Assembly: GCA_050250895.1 (NCBI GenBank)
Contig: JBFWNU010000001.1
Coordinates: forward strand, 3,076,891 to 3,140,890
DNA: 64,000 nucleotides
From: Vulcanimicrobiota bacterium
GTDB taxonomy: Bacteria; Vulcanimicrobiota; Xenobia; Xenobiales; JADMJV01
Direction: 5' to 3'
The notes below the pieces were generated by a model, which was not told where the DNA came from, searched no databases, and worked only from the letters and a program-made list of their open reading frames with translations. Position numbers and translations under genes: made by a program. Position 1 is the first letter of the stretch; each line of letters opens with the position of its first letter. Below, piece after piece: positions 18,121 to 28,569 of the stretch.

Positions 18121-20556
18121 TCAGTCGCCCCGGACGGCCACGGTATGCTCGCCCACGCTCAAGTGCTCATCGTCGAGTTCGAAGTCCTTGACTACATCGG
18201 GCGAGCGATTGACGGTTTGGCGAGCCAGGATGGTCTGCCAGTCGTCGAGGGCTCCCATGGGGTCGGTGGCGATCCGAGCGTCGGAAATCTCGGGAGCCAA
18301 GAGGGCTTCGACCGCGTTGCGGGGCCGGTTCATCCGGCCCAGTTCGCTAAAAGCCAGCTGGACCACGCCGGGCTGGCTTTTTCGGGAACAGGCCTGAGCG
18401 GCGGCCCGAGCCATGGCCACCAGGGCCACCGGACCCGTCTGCTGTTCGCGCGCCCTCCAGGCGGCCAGGGCCGATTTCGCGGCCGACTCGTAATCGCCGG
18501 GAAACCGCAGGCGCCCCAGCCCGGCCAAAAAGCGCGCTTCGGCCGAGTCCGGACAGGCCTCGCCCACCAGGGCCAGCAGGCCGGAGGCGCTCTTGCTGCT
18601 GGCGGCAGCGCAGGCGCCCATCAGAAAGTCCACCCGGCGGTGGGCCGGCGACGAGTCTTTGCTTGCCTCGAGAGCGGCCCGGTAGGACTTGGTAAAGGAC
18701 TCGTAGTCCCCGGGAAAACGCTGGTTCGACAGCTGCTCGACCAGCTCCGGGAAGTCTTCGGCAGCCAGCATCCCCAGACCCGTGCGAGCCACCTCCGGGG
18801 CTCTTCTGCTGCTGACGGTGTCGAGCGCCTTCAGCAGCAGGTTCGAGCCCGTCAGGCCTTCTTGATAGAGGCCCGCCAACACCGTTCGAGCGGTCTTGGG
18901 GTGACTTTCGTAGTCGCCGGGCAGCTGAACCTGGGACAGGTCGGTGAGAAACTGGAGAACGGCCGTATTTTTCGGCGTCCTTTCGATGGTAGGCAAAGTC
19001 GCCTCGAGATAGGTTCGGGCCCGCCCCTTGTTCAGGGTTTCCAGTCCACCCAACAGGGCCCGCTCGGCGGCCGGAGTGGCGGCGTCTTCCTGATTTTCAA
19101 AGCCCGCGATCATGGCGCCCAGAGTCTTGGCGAGCGACTCGTAGTCGCCCGGATAGCTCAGGGGCAGGGCAGCTTCGAGCATGGCCTGGAGTTGGGGGTT
19201 GGCGTCGGGATTGGCCCGATCGAGTTCCAGCACCGTGGCCAGGACCTGGGCCTGTTCGCCTTTGCGCACGCTGTGGGCGGCCTGCAGACCCGCCTGCCAG
19301 AGGCTGACGTCTGGCTGGCAAAGGGCCTGCAGAGTTCTGCCGAGACTGCAGTAGTCACCCTGGTGGGGCACTCGAGCCAGGCTGCGGGCGGCTTTTGCCA
19401 GGGGATCATCCAGTCCCTCGGTCAGGGCCTCGATGACCTTCTTCTGGTCGGCTTTGCGCACCCTGGCCGCAGCTCCGGCCAGCCTGCTCAGAAAGTCTTG
19501 CTCCATCAAACTCTGGCTGGTCTGGAGCAGGTCGAGATAGTAACGGTCCTCGAGCTTGCCCGCCAGGGAACTCAGGCGGGTGAAGAACTCGGCCTCGGGA
19601 CCCTGCAGACCTTTGCAACGCTCCTGGGTGGCCTCGGCCAGCAGGGCCTGGCGGGCCGTCGCATCGGGAAGCTGTCGCTGCAGGCTGAAGGCCAGCGTCA
19701 AGGGGTCTATCTCGGGGTTTTGCAGGGCCTGGACCAGGTTTTGAGGAGTGGCCAGAGCGTGATTTTCGAGCAGCAACAGGCTCGGCGATTTTTGCTCTTG
19801 AGGCAGCTGCGCAAAGAGTAGCGGGACCAGCTCATGGGCAGCTGGGGTGCCGGCCGCCGCCTGCAGATTGGCGGCGTCGACGGTCGGGGTCAAGACGGCC
19901 AGACTGGTCAGCATGGCGGCCGGGCGCGAGGTCTTTTCCAACAGCGGGGCCAGTAACGGTCCGACCTGGTTGTCGGCCTGCTTGAGGTCGTCGACCACCT
20001 GGGGCCGGAGGGCCGTGGCGACCGGGTCGGCCAGAGAAAATCGGGCCGCCTCGGTCAGCATGGCCTGGGCCAGGGCCACCGAGGCGGCAGGCCCGGTCAA
20101 AGCCGGGGCGCTGGCTTCGAGGGTAGCCTTGGCGGCCTGCAGGCTACCATAGGGAACCGCCAGAGCGGCGCGCTTGAGGGGGTCGGCCTGAGCCGTCTGG
20201 ACTAACTGTTGGGCCTGGGCCAGCTCGCGGCGGGCCGACTCGATGGCTGAGGGGGCGGGATAGGCGGCCGGCCGAGGGCGGCCTTTGGGGTCGAAGGCCA
20301 GCTGCTGCTGACCATCGCTGGCCCAGACCGTGTCCTGGGTGAAACCGACCCAGCCCAGGAGCCCGGCCTGCTTGGCCGTGCCCTGTTGATAGCTCTGGCC
20401 GCTATCCTGGTTGAAGACGACCAGGTCGTCGCCGCGTTGGGCCAGCCACGTGCCCGGCTCGTCGGGCACTTCGACGGCAAAAGGAAGCTGTTGCAGCCGC
20501 GGGTCGCGACTGCTCTGGCTGAGCTGGCGAAAGCGCTCGAGCGAAAGCGGGTTCAC
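18121..20556 (-). CDS. large hypothetical helical protein with about 70-aa PGDYES repeats
   Basis: 811-aa ORF; five GDY[EC]S motifs spaced about 210 nt. Confidence 0.8.
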   Translation of the reverse strand: MNPLSLERFRQLSQSSRDPRLQQLPFAVEVPDEPGTWLAQRGDDLVVFNQDSGQSYQQGTAKQAGLLGWVGFTQDTVWASDGQQQLAFDPKGRPRPAAYPAPSAIESARRELAQAQQLVQTAQADPLKRAALAVPYGSLQAAKATLEASAPALTGPAASVALAQAMLTEAARFSLADPVATALRPQVVDDLKQADNQVGPLLAPLLEKTSRPAAMLTSLAVLTPTVDAANLQAAAGTPAAHELVPLLFAQLPQEQKSPSLLLLENHALATPQNLVQALQNPEIDPLTLAFSLQRQLPDATARQALLAEATQERCKGLQGPEAEFFTRLSSLAGKLEDRYYLDLLQTSQSLMEQDFLSRLAGAAARVRKADQKKVIEALTEGLDDPLAKAARSLARVPHQGDYCSLGRTLQALCQPDVSLWQAGLQAAHSVRKGEQAQVLATVLELDRANPDANPQLQAMLEAALPLSYPGDYESLAKTLGAMIAGFENQEDAATPAAERALLGGLETLNKGRARTYLEATLPTIERTPKNTAVLQFLTDLSQVQLPGDYESHPKTARTVLAGLYQEGLTGSNLLLKALDTVSSRRAPEVARTGLGMLAAEDFPELVEQLSNQRFPGDYESFTKSYRAALEASKDSSPAHRRVDFLMGACAAASSKSASGLLALVGEACPDSAEARFLAGLGRLRFPGDYESAAKSALAAWRAREQQTGPVALVAMARAAAQACSRKSQPGVVQLAFSELGRMNRPRNAVEALLAPEISDARIATDPMGALDDWQTILARQTVNRSPDVVKDFELDDEHLSVGEHTVAVRGD

Positions 20557-20598
20557 CCATCCAGGCTACTTCTCGCCCCTCAAAGGAAGCTGAACGGC

Positions 20599-22206
20599 CT
20601 AGGCCAGCTCGATTTCGAGGTCGCGATTGCGCATCATGCAGCGTCCCGAGCGCGCCAGCACCTTGCCGACGAACTGCTCGGGCACGTCGACCAGGGTGTA
20701 ACGCTGCTTGATCTGGATGGCTCCGACAGTGGGGCCGGGGATGCGGGCTTGCTTGGCCAGCGTGGCCACCACCTCGCCCGGACGCAACCCGTCGTTCTTG
20801 CCCACATTGAGCTTGAGCCGAACCATGCCGGCTTCGTGAGACTTCTTGGTGTGAGTTCGGAGGTGGCGGCTCGACCGCCTGGGTTCGGGCATTTTGACCT
20901 CAGAGATGGCCGCGATGGGACGCTGTTTCTCGCGCGCTCTCGAGAGTTTGAGGGCGGCCGCCGCGATCGCTTTGAGCTCGAAGCCCTCGGCCAGCAGTTC
21001 GTCGACCATCTCCAACTCGCGACGAAAGCGAGCACGCCGCACCCACATGGTGACACCCTCCATGACCTGCCGATCCCGGTGGGCCATGATCTCGTCGCGG
21101 CTGGGGACTTCGCAGCGTTGGGCTTTCTGCTTGGTGTAGCTCTCGATGCGGCGCAGCAGTCGCTCTTCGCGCGGCGTCAGCAGGGCGATGGCGATGCCGG
21201 TCCGACCGGCCCGCCCGGTGCGGCCGATGCGGTGGACGTAGCTCTCGGGCTGCTGGGGCAGATCGAAGTTGAAGACATGGGTGAGGTGGTCGATGTCGAG
21301 GCCGCGGGCCGCGATGTCGGTGGCTACCAGCACCTTGATCTTCTCGGCCTTGAAGCGTTCCAGCACCTGCTCACGCGCCTCCTGGCTGAGGTCTCCGTTA
21401 AGCACCTCGGCTGGGTAGCCGCGACTCATGAGTTCGTTGGCCAGGGTCGCCGTGCGGGCCCGGGTGCGGGCGAAGATCAGCGCGCTGGTGATGTCCTCGA
21501 CCTCGAAGATGCGGGTGAGGGCGGCCACCTTGTCCTGTTCGTTGACCACATAGCAACGTTGCTCGATGGCCGCCACCGCCGGTTGGGAAGGCGTGATCGA
21601 GACCGAGGCGGGTTGGCGCAGATAGCGACCGGCCAGCCCTCGGATCTCGTCGGGAAGGGTGGCCGAGAAGAGAGCCGTCTGGCGGTCCTGGGGCAGAGCG
21701 GCCAGAATCGTTTCGACCTCGTCGAGAAAGCCCATGCTGAGCATCTCGTCGGCCTCGTCGAGGACGACCGTTCGCACCCCCTCGAGTCGCAGTACCTGTT
21801 GCTGTAGCAGGTCCAGCAAACGACCGGGGGTGCCCACCACCACCCGGGCTCCGCGTTTGAGGGCCTTCACCTGGACCGGGTAGGGCTGACCGCCATAGAT
21901 GGTCACGGTGGGCACGTCGCCCCCCAGGGCCTCGAAGGCCTCGTTCACCTGCAAAGCAAGCTCTCGGGTCGGGGTCACCACCAGGGCCTGGACCCGGGCC
22001 ACCGCCTCGAGGCTCTGCAGGATGGGCAAAGCGAAGGCGGCCGTCTTCCCGGTGCCGGTCTGGGCTTGCCCGATGACGTCTTTTCCGGCTAGCATCAACG
22101 GGATGATGCCGGCCTGGATGGGCGTGGGTTCTTGATACTCTAGGCGCGCCACCGCCTCGATGAGGTTTGGGGCGAGGCCCAACTCTTCAAATTTCGACAA
22201 AGTCAT
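20599..22206 (-). CDS. deaD: DEAD-box RNA helicase DeaD/CsdA with DbpA RNA-binding domain
   Basis: AQTGTGKT, PTRELA, DEAD, SAT, HRIGRTGRAG; C-terminal DbpA-like region. Confidence 0.9.
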   Translation of the reverse strand: MTLSKFEELGLAPNLIEAVARLEYQEPTPIQAGIIPLMLAGKDVIGQAQTGTGKTAAFALPILQSLEAVARVQALVVTPTRELALQVNEAFEALGGDVPTVTIYGGQPYPVQVKALKRGARVVVGTPGRLLDLLQQQVLRLEGVRTVVLDEADEMLSMGFLDEVETILAALPQDRQTALFSATLPDEIRGLAGRYLRQPASVSITPSQPAVAAIEQRCYVVNEQDKVAALTRIFEVEDITSALIFARTRARTATLANELMSRGYPAEVLNGDLSQEAREQVLERFKAEKIKVLVATDIAARGLDIDHLTHVFNFDLPQQPESYVHRIGRTGRAGRTGIAIALLTPREERLLRRIESYTKQKAQRCEVPSRDEIMAHRDRQVMEGVTMWVRRARFRRELEMVDELLAEGFELKAIAAAALKLSRAREKQRPIAAISEVKMPEPRRSSRHLRTHTKKSHEAGMVRLKLNVGKNDGLRPGEVVATLAKQARIPGPTVGAIQIKQRYTLVDVPEQFVGKVLARSGRCMMRNRDLEIELA

Positions 22207-22274
22207 AACCTTTCCTAAAAGAGAGAACCCGGGATGGACCCCCGGGTTCCCCATTCGCCTGACGGCTCTCTGAT

Positions 22275-22751
22275 CTAGTTGACCAGTTCGAGCCCACGGT
22301 TAGAGAGCAGATAGCCGCTGTACGAGGCGGCCGCCCCCATGGCGGCGGCCGGCAAGAAGCCTGTATAGGTCAGTCCGGCCATCGTGCCGGCGGCGGCTCC
22401 GACCACTCCTGCGCCGACGGCCAGATAGGTCGAGTAGCTCAGGTTCTCGTTGCCGAGCACCCGGTCAAGCACGCGTCCAGCTACCATGCCGGCTGCGGCT
22501 CCGACGATTCCGCCTGCCATGGCGCCGGCTCCGGCCGCGGCCAGGCCATCGGCGGCTCCTGCATAGACACCGGCCCCCAGACCTGTCAGGATCCCGACCT
22601 GGCGCCAGACGAACCGCTGGGTGGCCTGGATCGAGTGGCAGTCACAGTTGGCCTCTTCAGCCTGCGGCTGGGGCGTCTCTTCGGCAGCAGCCTTGACGGC
22701 AGGGGGCGTGGAGGTGAGCGTGGGCGTAGCACGGTAGGCTGAAATCAGCAT
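22275..22751 (-). CDS. hypothetical glycine-zipper membrane protein with disordered N-terminus
   Basis: GAGGAG SD; T/P/A-rich leader then Gly/Ala-rich TM helices. Confidence 0.7.
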   Translation of the reverse strand: MLISAYRATPTLTSTPPAVKAAAEETPQPQAEEANCDCHSIQATQRFVWRQVGILTGLGAGVYAGAADGLAAAGAGAMAGGIVGAAAGMVAGRVLDRVLGNENLSYSTYLAVGAGVVGAAAGTMAGLTYTGFLPAAAMGAAASYSGYLLSNRGLELVN

Positions 22752-22907
22752 GGGAGTTCTCCTCTATGTTTGGGGATACCCGAACCTATTCGATCCAGGT
22801 GTCGGGTTTGTTGCCGGGGTGTTGCCGAATGGACCGACAGGGGGAGTGAAGCCTGGCGCGAACGGTGCTTCGTGCCCCTGGATTTCTTTGCCGGTCAGCG
22901 CCCCCTG

Positions 22908-23750
22908 ATGAACTGGGGAGCCCGTATTCGCCGATTTCTCGGCTCGTCGGTCTTTCGCCGGACCACCTCTTGCGTGCTGGGACTGACTGCCTACACGGCG
23001 GCTGGCAACTTTTTGCAGGATTATTATCAGAACGACATCCTGATGCCGGCCGGGGCCCAGGCCCTGTTCGGAGCCGCCCTGAGTATCTTGTTGGTCCTGC
23101 GCACCAACTCTGCTTACGACCGCTGGTGGGAGGGTCGCAAGTTGTGGGGCCAGCTCACCAACGAGTGCCGCAACCTGGCCGTCAAGCTCAAGGCCATGGC
23201 CGATGTCGAAGCGGCCGAACTGGCTCTGGCCCGCCGCTGGCTGACTGCCGTTCCGATCTGTCTGCGCGACCATCTGCGCCAGGGCGTCAGCGATGAAACT
23301 CTGAGCCGCCTGCCCGAGCCGGTGCCCCAGGGCCAGTCTCACGTGCCGGGATTCGTCAGTTCTCGTTTGTTCGCGCTGGTCCGCCGCTGGCGCGACCAGG
23401 GCAAGCTGCATCGTCTGGACCACCACCTGATCGACCGCCACATTGCGGCCCTGCTCGACATCTGCGGCGGTTGCGAGCGAATCCGCAACACACCCCTGCC
23501 GCTGTCTCATCGGGCTTTGATTCCGCAGTTGCTGGTGGTCTATCTGGTGTTGCTGCCGGTGGGCATGGATACCAACCCCTGGAACCTGGCTCTGGTGGCC
23601 GGGGTGGGCTACTTCCTGATCGGGCTGGAACTGGTGGCCGAAGATATCGAAGAGCCTTTCGGCCTGGATCTCGACGACCTTCCGCTGGACCGCCTCTGCG
23701 ACAATATCGGTCGCTTCGCCAGCGAGACCCTGCCCGAACACGAGGCGTAG
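22908..23750 (+). CDS. bestrophin family ion channel (YneE-like)
   Basis: RTNSAYDRWWEGRKLWG, GGCERIRNTPLP, IEEPFG. Confidence 0.9.
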   Translation: MNWGARIRRFLGSSVFRRTTSCVLGLTAYTAAGNFLQDYYQNDILMPAGAQALFGAALSILLVLRTNSAYDRWWEGRKLWGQLTNECRNLAVKLKAMADVEAAELALARRWLTAVPICLRDHLRQGVSDETLSRLPEPVPQGQSHVPGFVSSRLFALVRRWRDQGKLHRLDHHLIDRHIAALLDICGGCERIRNTPLPLSHRALIPQLLVVYLVLLPVGMDTNPWNLALVAGVGYFLIGLELVAEDIEEPFGLDLDDLPLDRLCDNIGRFASETLPEHEA

Positions 23751-23835
23751 TTCTACTACCGGCGCGAAGGGTAGCTTCCAGATTAGCTCGCCTCCCCGGC
23801 TTGTGGGAAGATAGGTGCGTAGAGGAGGCAAGCCG

Positions 23836-24261
23836 ATGAAACCCCGTAGTATCGCCCTGGTTTGTAATCTCAAAGATGACGAGCAGCCTCGCGCCACGCG
23901 TCTGTTAAGCTGGCTGGCCAGCCAGGAAGAGGTGGGCCAGATTCTCTTCATCGTCGACGAATCCCAATGCACGGCCGCCAATCTGGATGTCGATGTCGTC
24001 CTCTTTCAAGTGGGCAGCCGTCAGCAAGCGGTAGTGGCTGCCTTCGACCGCACCCGCCAAACCGACAACGTGCTGGCCTCTGGCCCCTGGTGTGAGCACT
24101 TCCGGGCCATCGCCCGGAGAGGTCTCGACAATGTTCCGCTCAGCGACGCCGCCCGCCTGGGTCGCCGGCTGAAGGGGAGGGCCGAAGCGCCCTGGCATCT
24201 GACCGTGGTGCCCGACGCCCTGAGCCAAGAGGCCCACCTCGAGGCGCTCTTTGTGGCCTGA
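23836..24261 (+). CDS. hypothetical protein
   Basis: GGAGG SD; fills gap between co-oriented genes. Confidence 0.55.
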   Translation: MKPRSIALVCNLKDDEQPRATRLLSWLASQEEVGQILFIVDESQCTAANLDVDVVLFQVGSRQQAVVAAFDRTRQTDNVLASGPWCEHFRAIARRGLDNVPLSDAARLGRRLKGRAEAPWHLTVVPDALSQEAHLEALFVA

Positions 24262-24314
24262 CCACGATCCCATTCGTCAGCATCTTTAGGAACCGGTCGG
24301 ATTGCCGAGGAGCA

Positions 24315-26411
24315 ATGCAAGATAGCATTCCTATGACTTTCGAGCAGTACCACTCTGACTACCTGCGCAGCACCCACCGGCCAGGCAGCATCGCCTGGGC
24401 GCTGGGTCTCTGGCTTTCGTTCGGCCTCGAGTTCTGGCTCGATTTCGCCCATGCCCCCTTGCCCCTGCGGGAACTTTTCCTCAATCGCGTCGGCATGACC
24501 CTCATTGTGATCCTGTTCTATCGGGCCCGAAGCGAGGCGACAGGCAACCGCCAGATGCTGTTTGTAGCGCTGAATTTTCTGGCTTTCGCCTCGTTTGCGG
24601 GTCTGGTCGGCGCGCGAGTCGATATGCTCGCCGGGGTGCCGGTGTTCGCCGCCATGGGGTTGGCCATCATGCCGGCCTGCGCTCTCTACCCCGCCCGCCT
24701 CAAGGGAGCGCTACTCTTGCCTCTGGTGGTGGGGCTCGATTTCTTCTTGGGCTATTGGCTCGGCTCCGGCCAGGTCTGGAGCCCGGGGCTGACCATCGCG
24801 CTTCTGACCCTCACGCTCAGCCCGGTTTTGGCCACCTACGGCTCGGTCCGCCTCTACCGCGCCCTGGAAGGAGCCTTCGAGCTCAACCAACGCCTACGGG
24901 ACACGGTGGCCCAACTGGCCGAGGCCAAGCAGCGACTCTCCGTCACTCTCGAGCATATGGGCGACGCGGTGGTGGCCGTCGACACCGAGCTGAGGGTCGA
25001 GCGATTCAACGCGGCCGCGGTCCGACTCACAGGCGTGCCCGCCAGCCAGGCTATCGGACGGCGACTGGAGCGGGTCCTATGCCTGGTCGACCGCGAGGGC
25101 AACACCGTTCAAGCTTGCCCTCAGCAGGCTCTTTCCCGGGCACAAGAGTGGCAAGCCCCTCCCGACACCAGACTGGCCAGCGCTCCCACCCAGCCCTGGG
25201 TGAAATTGGCCGGCTCGACCATCGTCGACGAGCAGCAGCAGCCTCACGGGGCCGTGCTCGTGCTCCACGATCTAACCTCGCTGAAGCGTCTGGATGAAGA
25301 GCGCTTACGGGCCTCCAAGCTCGAGTCGCTGGGTCGCCTGGCGGGAGGGATCGCCCACGATTTCAACAATGCCCTCACCAGCGTCCAGGGACATCTCTCC
25401 TTGCTCGAGGTCGAGCTGCAGAAGAACTCGGTCACCGAGTCGCTGTTCGAGGCGCGCCAGGGGGCCGTGCGGGCCCGCGAGCTGGCCAGCCAGTTGTTGA
25501 CCTTTTCGGCCGGAGGAGCTCCCATCAAGCGCACGATCGAGTTGGCGGAACTGGTGCGAAAGGAAGTTGCCGTGGCTCTCACCGGCACCAAGGTCGGGCT
25601 GGATTTTCGTGGTCAGGCGGGATTGCAGGCCGAGGTCGACCCAAATCAGCTGGCCCAGGCGCTGCAGAGCCTCACCCTCAACGCCGTGGAAGCTATGCCC
25701 GAAGGGGGTTGCCTGACGGTGAGCGTCGAGGAATCGGGCGACGGCTCTATGGTCCACCCCAACCTGCGGCCAGGTCCCTACCTGCGCGTCGTCTTCCAAG
25801 ACCACGGCAAAGGTATACCGCCCGAAGCCCTGGACCGGATCTTCGACCCCTACTACAGCACCAAGGGGGGCCACACCGGCCTGGGATTGACCACCGCCTT
25901 TTCCGTGGCGGTGCGCCATGGCGGTACGCTTACGGCCAGGACCTCGTCAGAAGGGGCGACTTTCGAACTGTATCTCCCTCGTTTGAAGACCGTCGCCGCC
26001 GAGCCGGATCCGGCCATTCTTGCCCCGACGCCCGGTCGGCGAATCCTGGTCATGGACGACGAGGCATCGGTGCGGACCGTCACCTTCAAGATGCTCAACC
26101 GGCTTGGCTTTGAGGCCGAGACTTGCAGCGACGGCAGCCAGGCTCTCGAACTCTATCAGCAGGCTGCCGAGGAGGCCCGGCCTTTCGGACTGGTCATCAT
26201 GGATCTGACCATACCGGGTGGAATGGGTGGCGAAGAAGCGGTTCGACGATTGCTCTCCATCGACCCCGAAGCGGTGGTCATGGTGGCTAGCGGTTATAGC
26301 AACGACCCGGTCATGAGCGAATTTGCCAGTTACGGTTTTCGGGCCTGTTTGACCAAGCCGTTCGGGCTCGAAGAGCTGCGCACGGCGCTTCGCGAACTGG
26401 GCTACAAATAG
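24315..26411 (+). CDS. hybrid membrane sensor histidine kinase (TM, PAS, HisKA, HATPase, REC)
   Basis: LAGGIAHDFNN, FDPYYSTK, GLGL, VIMDLTIPG. Confidence 0.9.
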   Translation: MQDSIPMTFEQYHSDYLRSTHRPGSIAWALGLWLSFGLEFWLDFAHAPLPLRELFLNRVGMTLIVILFYRARSEATGNRQMLFVALNFLAFASFAGLVGARVDMLAGVPVFAAMGLAIMPACALYPARLKGALLLPLVVGLDFFLGYWLGSGQVWSPGLTIALLTLTLSPVLATYGSVRLYRALEGAFELNQRLRDTVAQLAEAKQRLSVTLEHMGDAVVAVDTELRVERFNAAAVRLTGVPASQAIGRRLERVLCLVDREGNTVQACPQQALSRAQEWQAPPDTRLASAPTQPWVKLAGSTIVDEQQQPHGAVLVLHDLTSLKRLDEERLRASKLESLGRLAGGIAHDFNNALTSVQGHLSLLEVELQKNSVTESLFEARQGAVRARELASQLLTFSAGGAPIKRTIELAELVRKEVAVALTGTKVGLDFRGQAGLQAEVDPNQLAQALQSLTLNAVEAMPEGGCLTVSVEESGDGSMVHPNLRPGPYLRVVFQDHGKGIPPEALDRIFDPYYSTKGGHTGLGLTTAFSVAVRHGGTLTARTSSEGATFELYLPRLKTVAAEPDPAILAPTPGRRILVMDDEASVRTVTFKMLNRLGFEAETCSDGSQALELYQQAAEEARPFGLVIMDLTIPGGMGGEEAVRRLLSIDPEAVVMVASGYSNDPVMSEFASYGFRACLTKPFGLEELRTALRELGYK

Positions 26412-27178
26412 CCCTCGGACTTGAGAATGGCCCTGGCTACAGATTGGCGCAATCCCAACTGATCGGCGCTCGCGATATCGAGGTTCAGGGCGAAGAAGAC
26501 CACCTCGGTGTCGCGCTCGACCCAGCCGACCCACCAGCCCACTCCGGGACGCTCGGGATGTCCGTACCCCTCGACGCCGTTCTCGTAGCCGGTCTTGGCC
26601 CGGATTACGTATTCGGGGGTGGCCTCGACCAGCATGGCCGTCTTGACGAGCAGCTGGTTCTCGGGCCTAAACGGCAATTCGTCGGCATAGAGGTGCTGGA
26701 GGAATTCGACCTGCTGGCGGGCTGAAATGCGCAGCTTGCCGTCGAGCCAGAAACGGTCGATGCCGCCGTCGATGTCGGCGTTGCCATAGTGGATTTTCTC
26801 GAGATAGGTTCGCATTCTCTCTTCGCCGATAGCCCGGGCGAAGCGCTGATAAATCGGCACCACCGAGTATTTCATGGCGGTCCTGAGTACATGATCACGG
26901 TTCCAGGTGGCATACTGCCGTTCGACCCCATCCCAGCGGAGTTGCTCATGCCCATCGCGCAGCACGCCCGTCTCGAGCGCGATCAGAGAGTGGGGAACTT
27001 TGTAGGTCGAGGCGGGAACAAAGCCCCGGTCGGCTCGGGCAGGGCTGTAGACGTCGGTCTCGCCCTGGTGGACCACCACCATGGTCCCCGGCACTCCCTC
27101 AAAAAAGCTCTCCCAGTCGGGGCGTTCTTTGGCCGCCGCGGCCAGGCTCAATAGCAGCAATAGGATCAGACATCGCAT
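26402..27178 (-). CDS. class D (OXA-type) beta-lactamase
   Basis: Signal peptide; STYK, SVV, YGN, FWLDG, KTG, GWWVGWVE. Confidence 0.85.
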   Translation of the reverse strand: MRCLILLLLLSLAAAAKERPDWESFFEGVPGTMVVVHQGETDVYSPARADRGFVPASTYKVPHSLIALETGVLRDGHEQLRWDGVERQYATWNRDHVLRTAMKYSVVPIYQRFARAIGEERMRTYLEKIHYGNADIDGGIDRFWLDGKLRISARQQVEFLQHLYADELPFRPENQLLVKTAMLVEATPEYVIRAKTGYENGVEGYGHPERPGVGWWVGWVERDTEVVFFALNLDIASADQLGLRQSVARAILKSEGYL

Positions 27179-27214
27179 GGCCGGCTGTTCTCGGCCGGAC
27201 CCAGACCGACCTGG

Positions 27215-27871
27215 CTAGACGGTCTCGGTTTGGACCTGAGCCAGGGCTTGCCCGATCAGGTGACCCATGGCCACCTGAGCATAGAGAGCCACAAAAACGA
27301 CCAGTAACCCGCCCACCAGGGTGAACATCAAGGCCAGACTGACGATGCACATCAGGACGTTGATGACCAGGCACAGCCAGGTCAAGCGAAAGATGGCCGA
27401 CCAGCCGAGCCGGGCGACATCGTCGCGCCAGGCCGAGAGCTTGAACAGACAGCCGAACGTCTCGGCCCGGGTGCCCCGAATCATCACCAGGGTGACGATG
27501 ATGAATCCGAAGGGTAGGGCCGGCAGAAGCAGCGCCACCGCTGTCAGGCCCCCCAGATTCTGGTCGATCTGGGCGAGCCCGAACCCGGCCGCCATGGCCA
27601 GAGCCAGGTAGACAAAGGTAGGCACCAGCAAGAGAAAGACACCCACGATGAAATAGAGGGTGCGCATCACGATCGGCTCGATGGCGTTCCATTCGGGCAT
27701 CAGTTCAGAGTCGTCGAGGCCACGGGCCCGGTTGCGGGCCACTTCGAGCATGTAGCCGTTGTTGAGAACGCCGCCGCTGACGAAGGCCAGGGCGCCCCCG
27801 ATCAGGAGCTTGCGGGCCATCTCGGGGTCGCGTCGGGGAAAGGCAAGAGCTTGGCTAAGATCAAGATTCAT
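27215..27871 (-). CDS. DUF4013-like membrane protein
   Basis: KLLIGG...GYMLEV...MPEW pattern; multiple TMs. Confidence 0.65.
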   Translation of the reverse strand: MNLDLSQALAFPRRDPEMARKLLIGGALAFVSGGVLNNGYMLEVARNRARGLDDSELMPEWNAIEPIVMRTLYFIVGVFLLLVPTFVYLALAMAAGFGLAQIDQNLGGLTAVALLLPALPFGFIIVTLVMIRGTRAETFGCLFKLSAWRDDVARLGWSAIFRLTWLCLVINVLMCIVSLALMFTLVGGLLVVFVALYAQVAMGHLIGQALAQVQTETV

Positions 27872-27908
27872 ACCCTGAAATTATAGGGGCAAATTGGCCC
27901 GCCTGCAA

Positions 27909-28496
27909 TCAGGTAGGTGCCGAGACTTCGGCCAGGCTCACCTGGCTACACAGGATGGGAGAAGCCCAAGGGTTATCGAGGAAGTGGGCATAGAAGTAAC
28001 CGCCTGCTCCGTACGGATGCTGGTCGAGAAACTTGATGTCGGCCGGGGTGAAGGTCTCGGCCTTCAGGCCTGCCTGGGCCAGGGCCGGCATCAGATTCTG
28101 ACCGATCACCTCGACCCGAGTGGGAAGATAGGCCGATGGCGAGGCGTCGAAGTCGGCTTCGTTGCCGGGGGTCTGGGCCACCGCCTTGCCGAGGGCGGTC
28201 AGCACCTGCTGCAGCTTTTCGATGGGCACCTCGCCCACCAGGATGAGCTCGGGGGTGAAATAGTTGTACCAGTAGCCTATCGAATAGGCCATGTTGGGTT
28301 CACCGGTGACGCCCACGGCGGCAAAGCCGTTCTTGATGATGGCCGGAACGAAGTCGAGATTGGACTTGGCGCATTCGGCATCCTGGGCCACGAAAAAGGC
28401 GTGGCGCTGCTCGAGGTTCTGCTGACGATCGAGGTCGTGGAACTTCTGCATGTCGAGAGGGGAGGCAGTGAAGTCGGTAAAGGGCTCAAAACTCAT
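27909..28496 (-). CDS. DUF4262-like hypothetical protein
   Basis: AYSIGYWYNYFTPELILVG. Confidence 0.55.
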   Translation of the reverse strand: MSFEPFTDFTASPLDMQKFHDLDRQQNLEQRHAFFVAQDAECAKSNLDFVPAIIKNGFAAVGVTGEPNMAYSIGYWYNYFTPELILVGEVPIEKLQQVLTALGKAVAQTPGNEADFDASPSAYLPTRVEVIGQNLMPALAQAGLKAETFTPADIKFLDQHPYGAGGYFYAHFLDNPWASPILCSQVSLAEVSAPT

Positions 28497-28569
28497 CTGC
28501 CCCTGTTCGTGGTGGGATGGCCAACGCCTTTTGCGGGGGATGGGTCCCTCCGAGGCGAATTGGCGGGCT

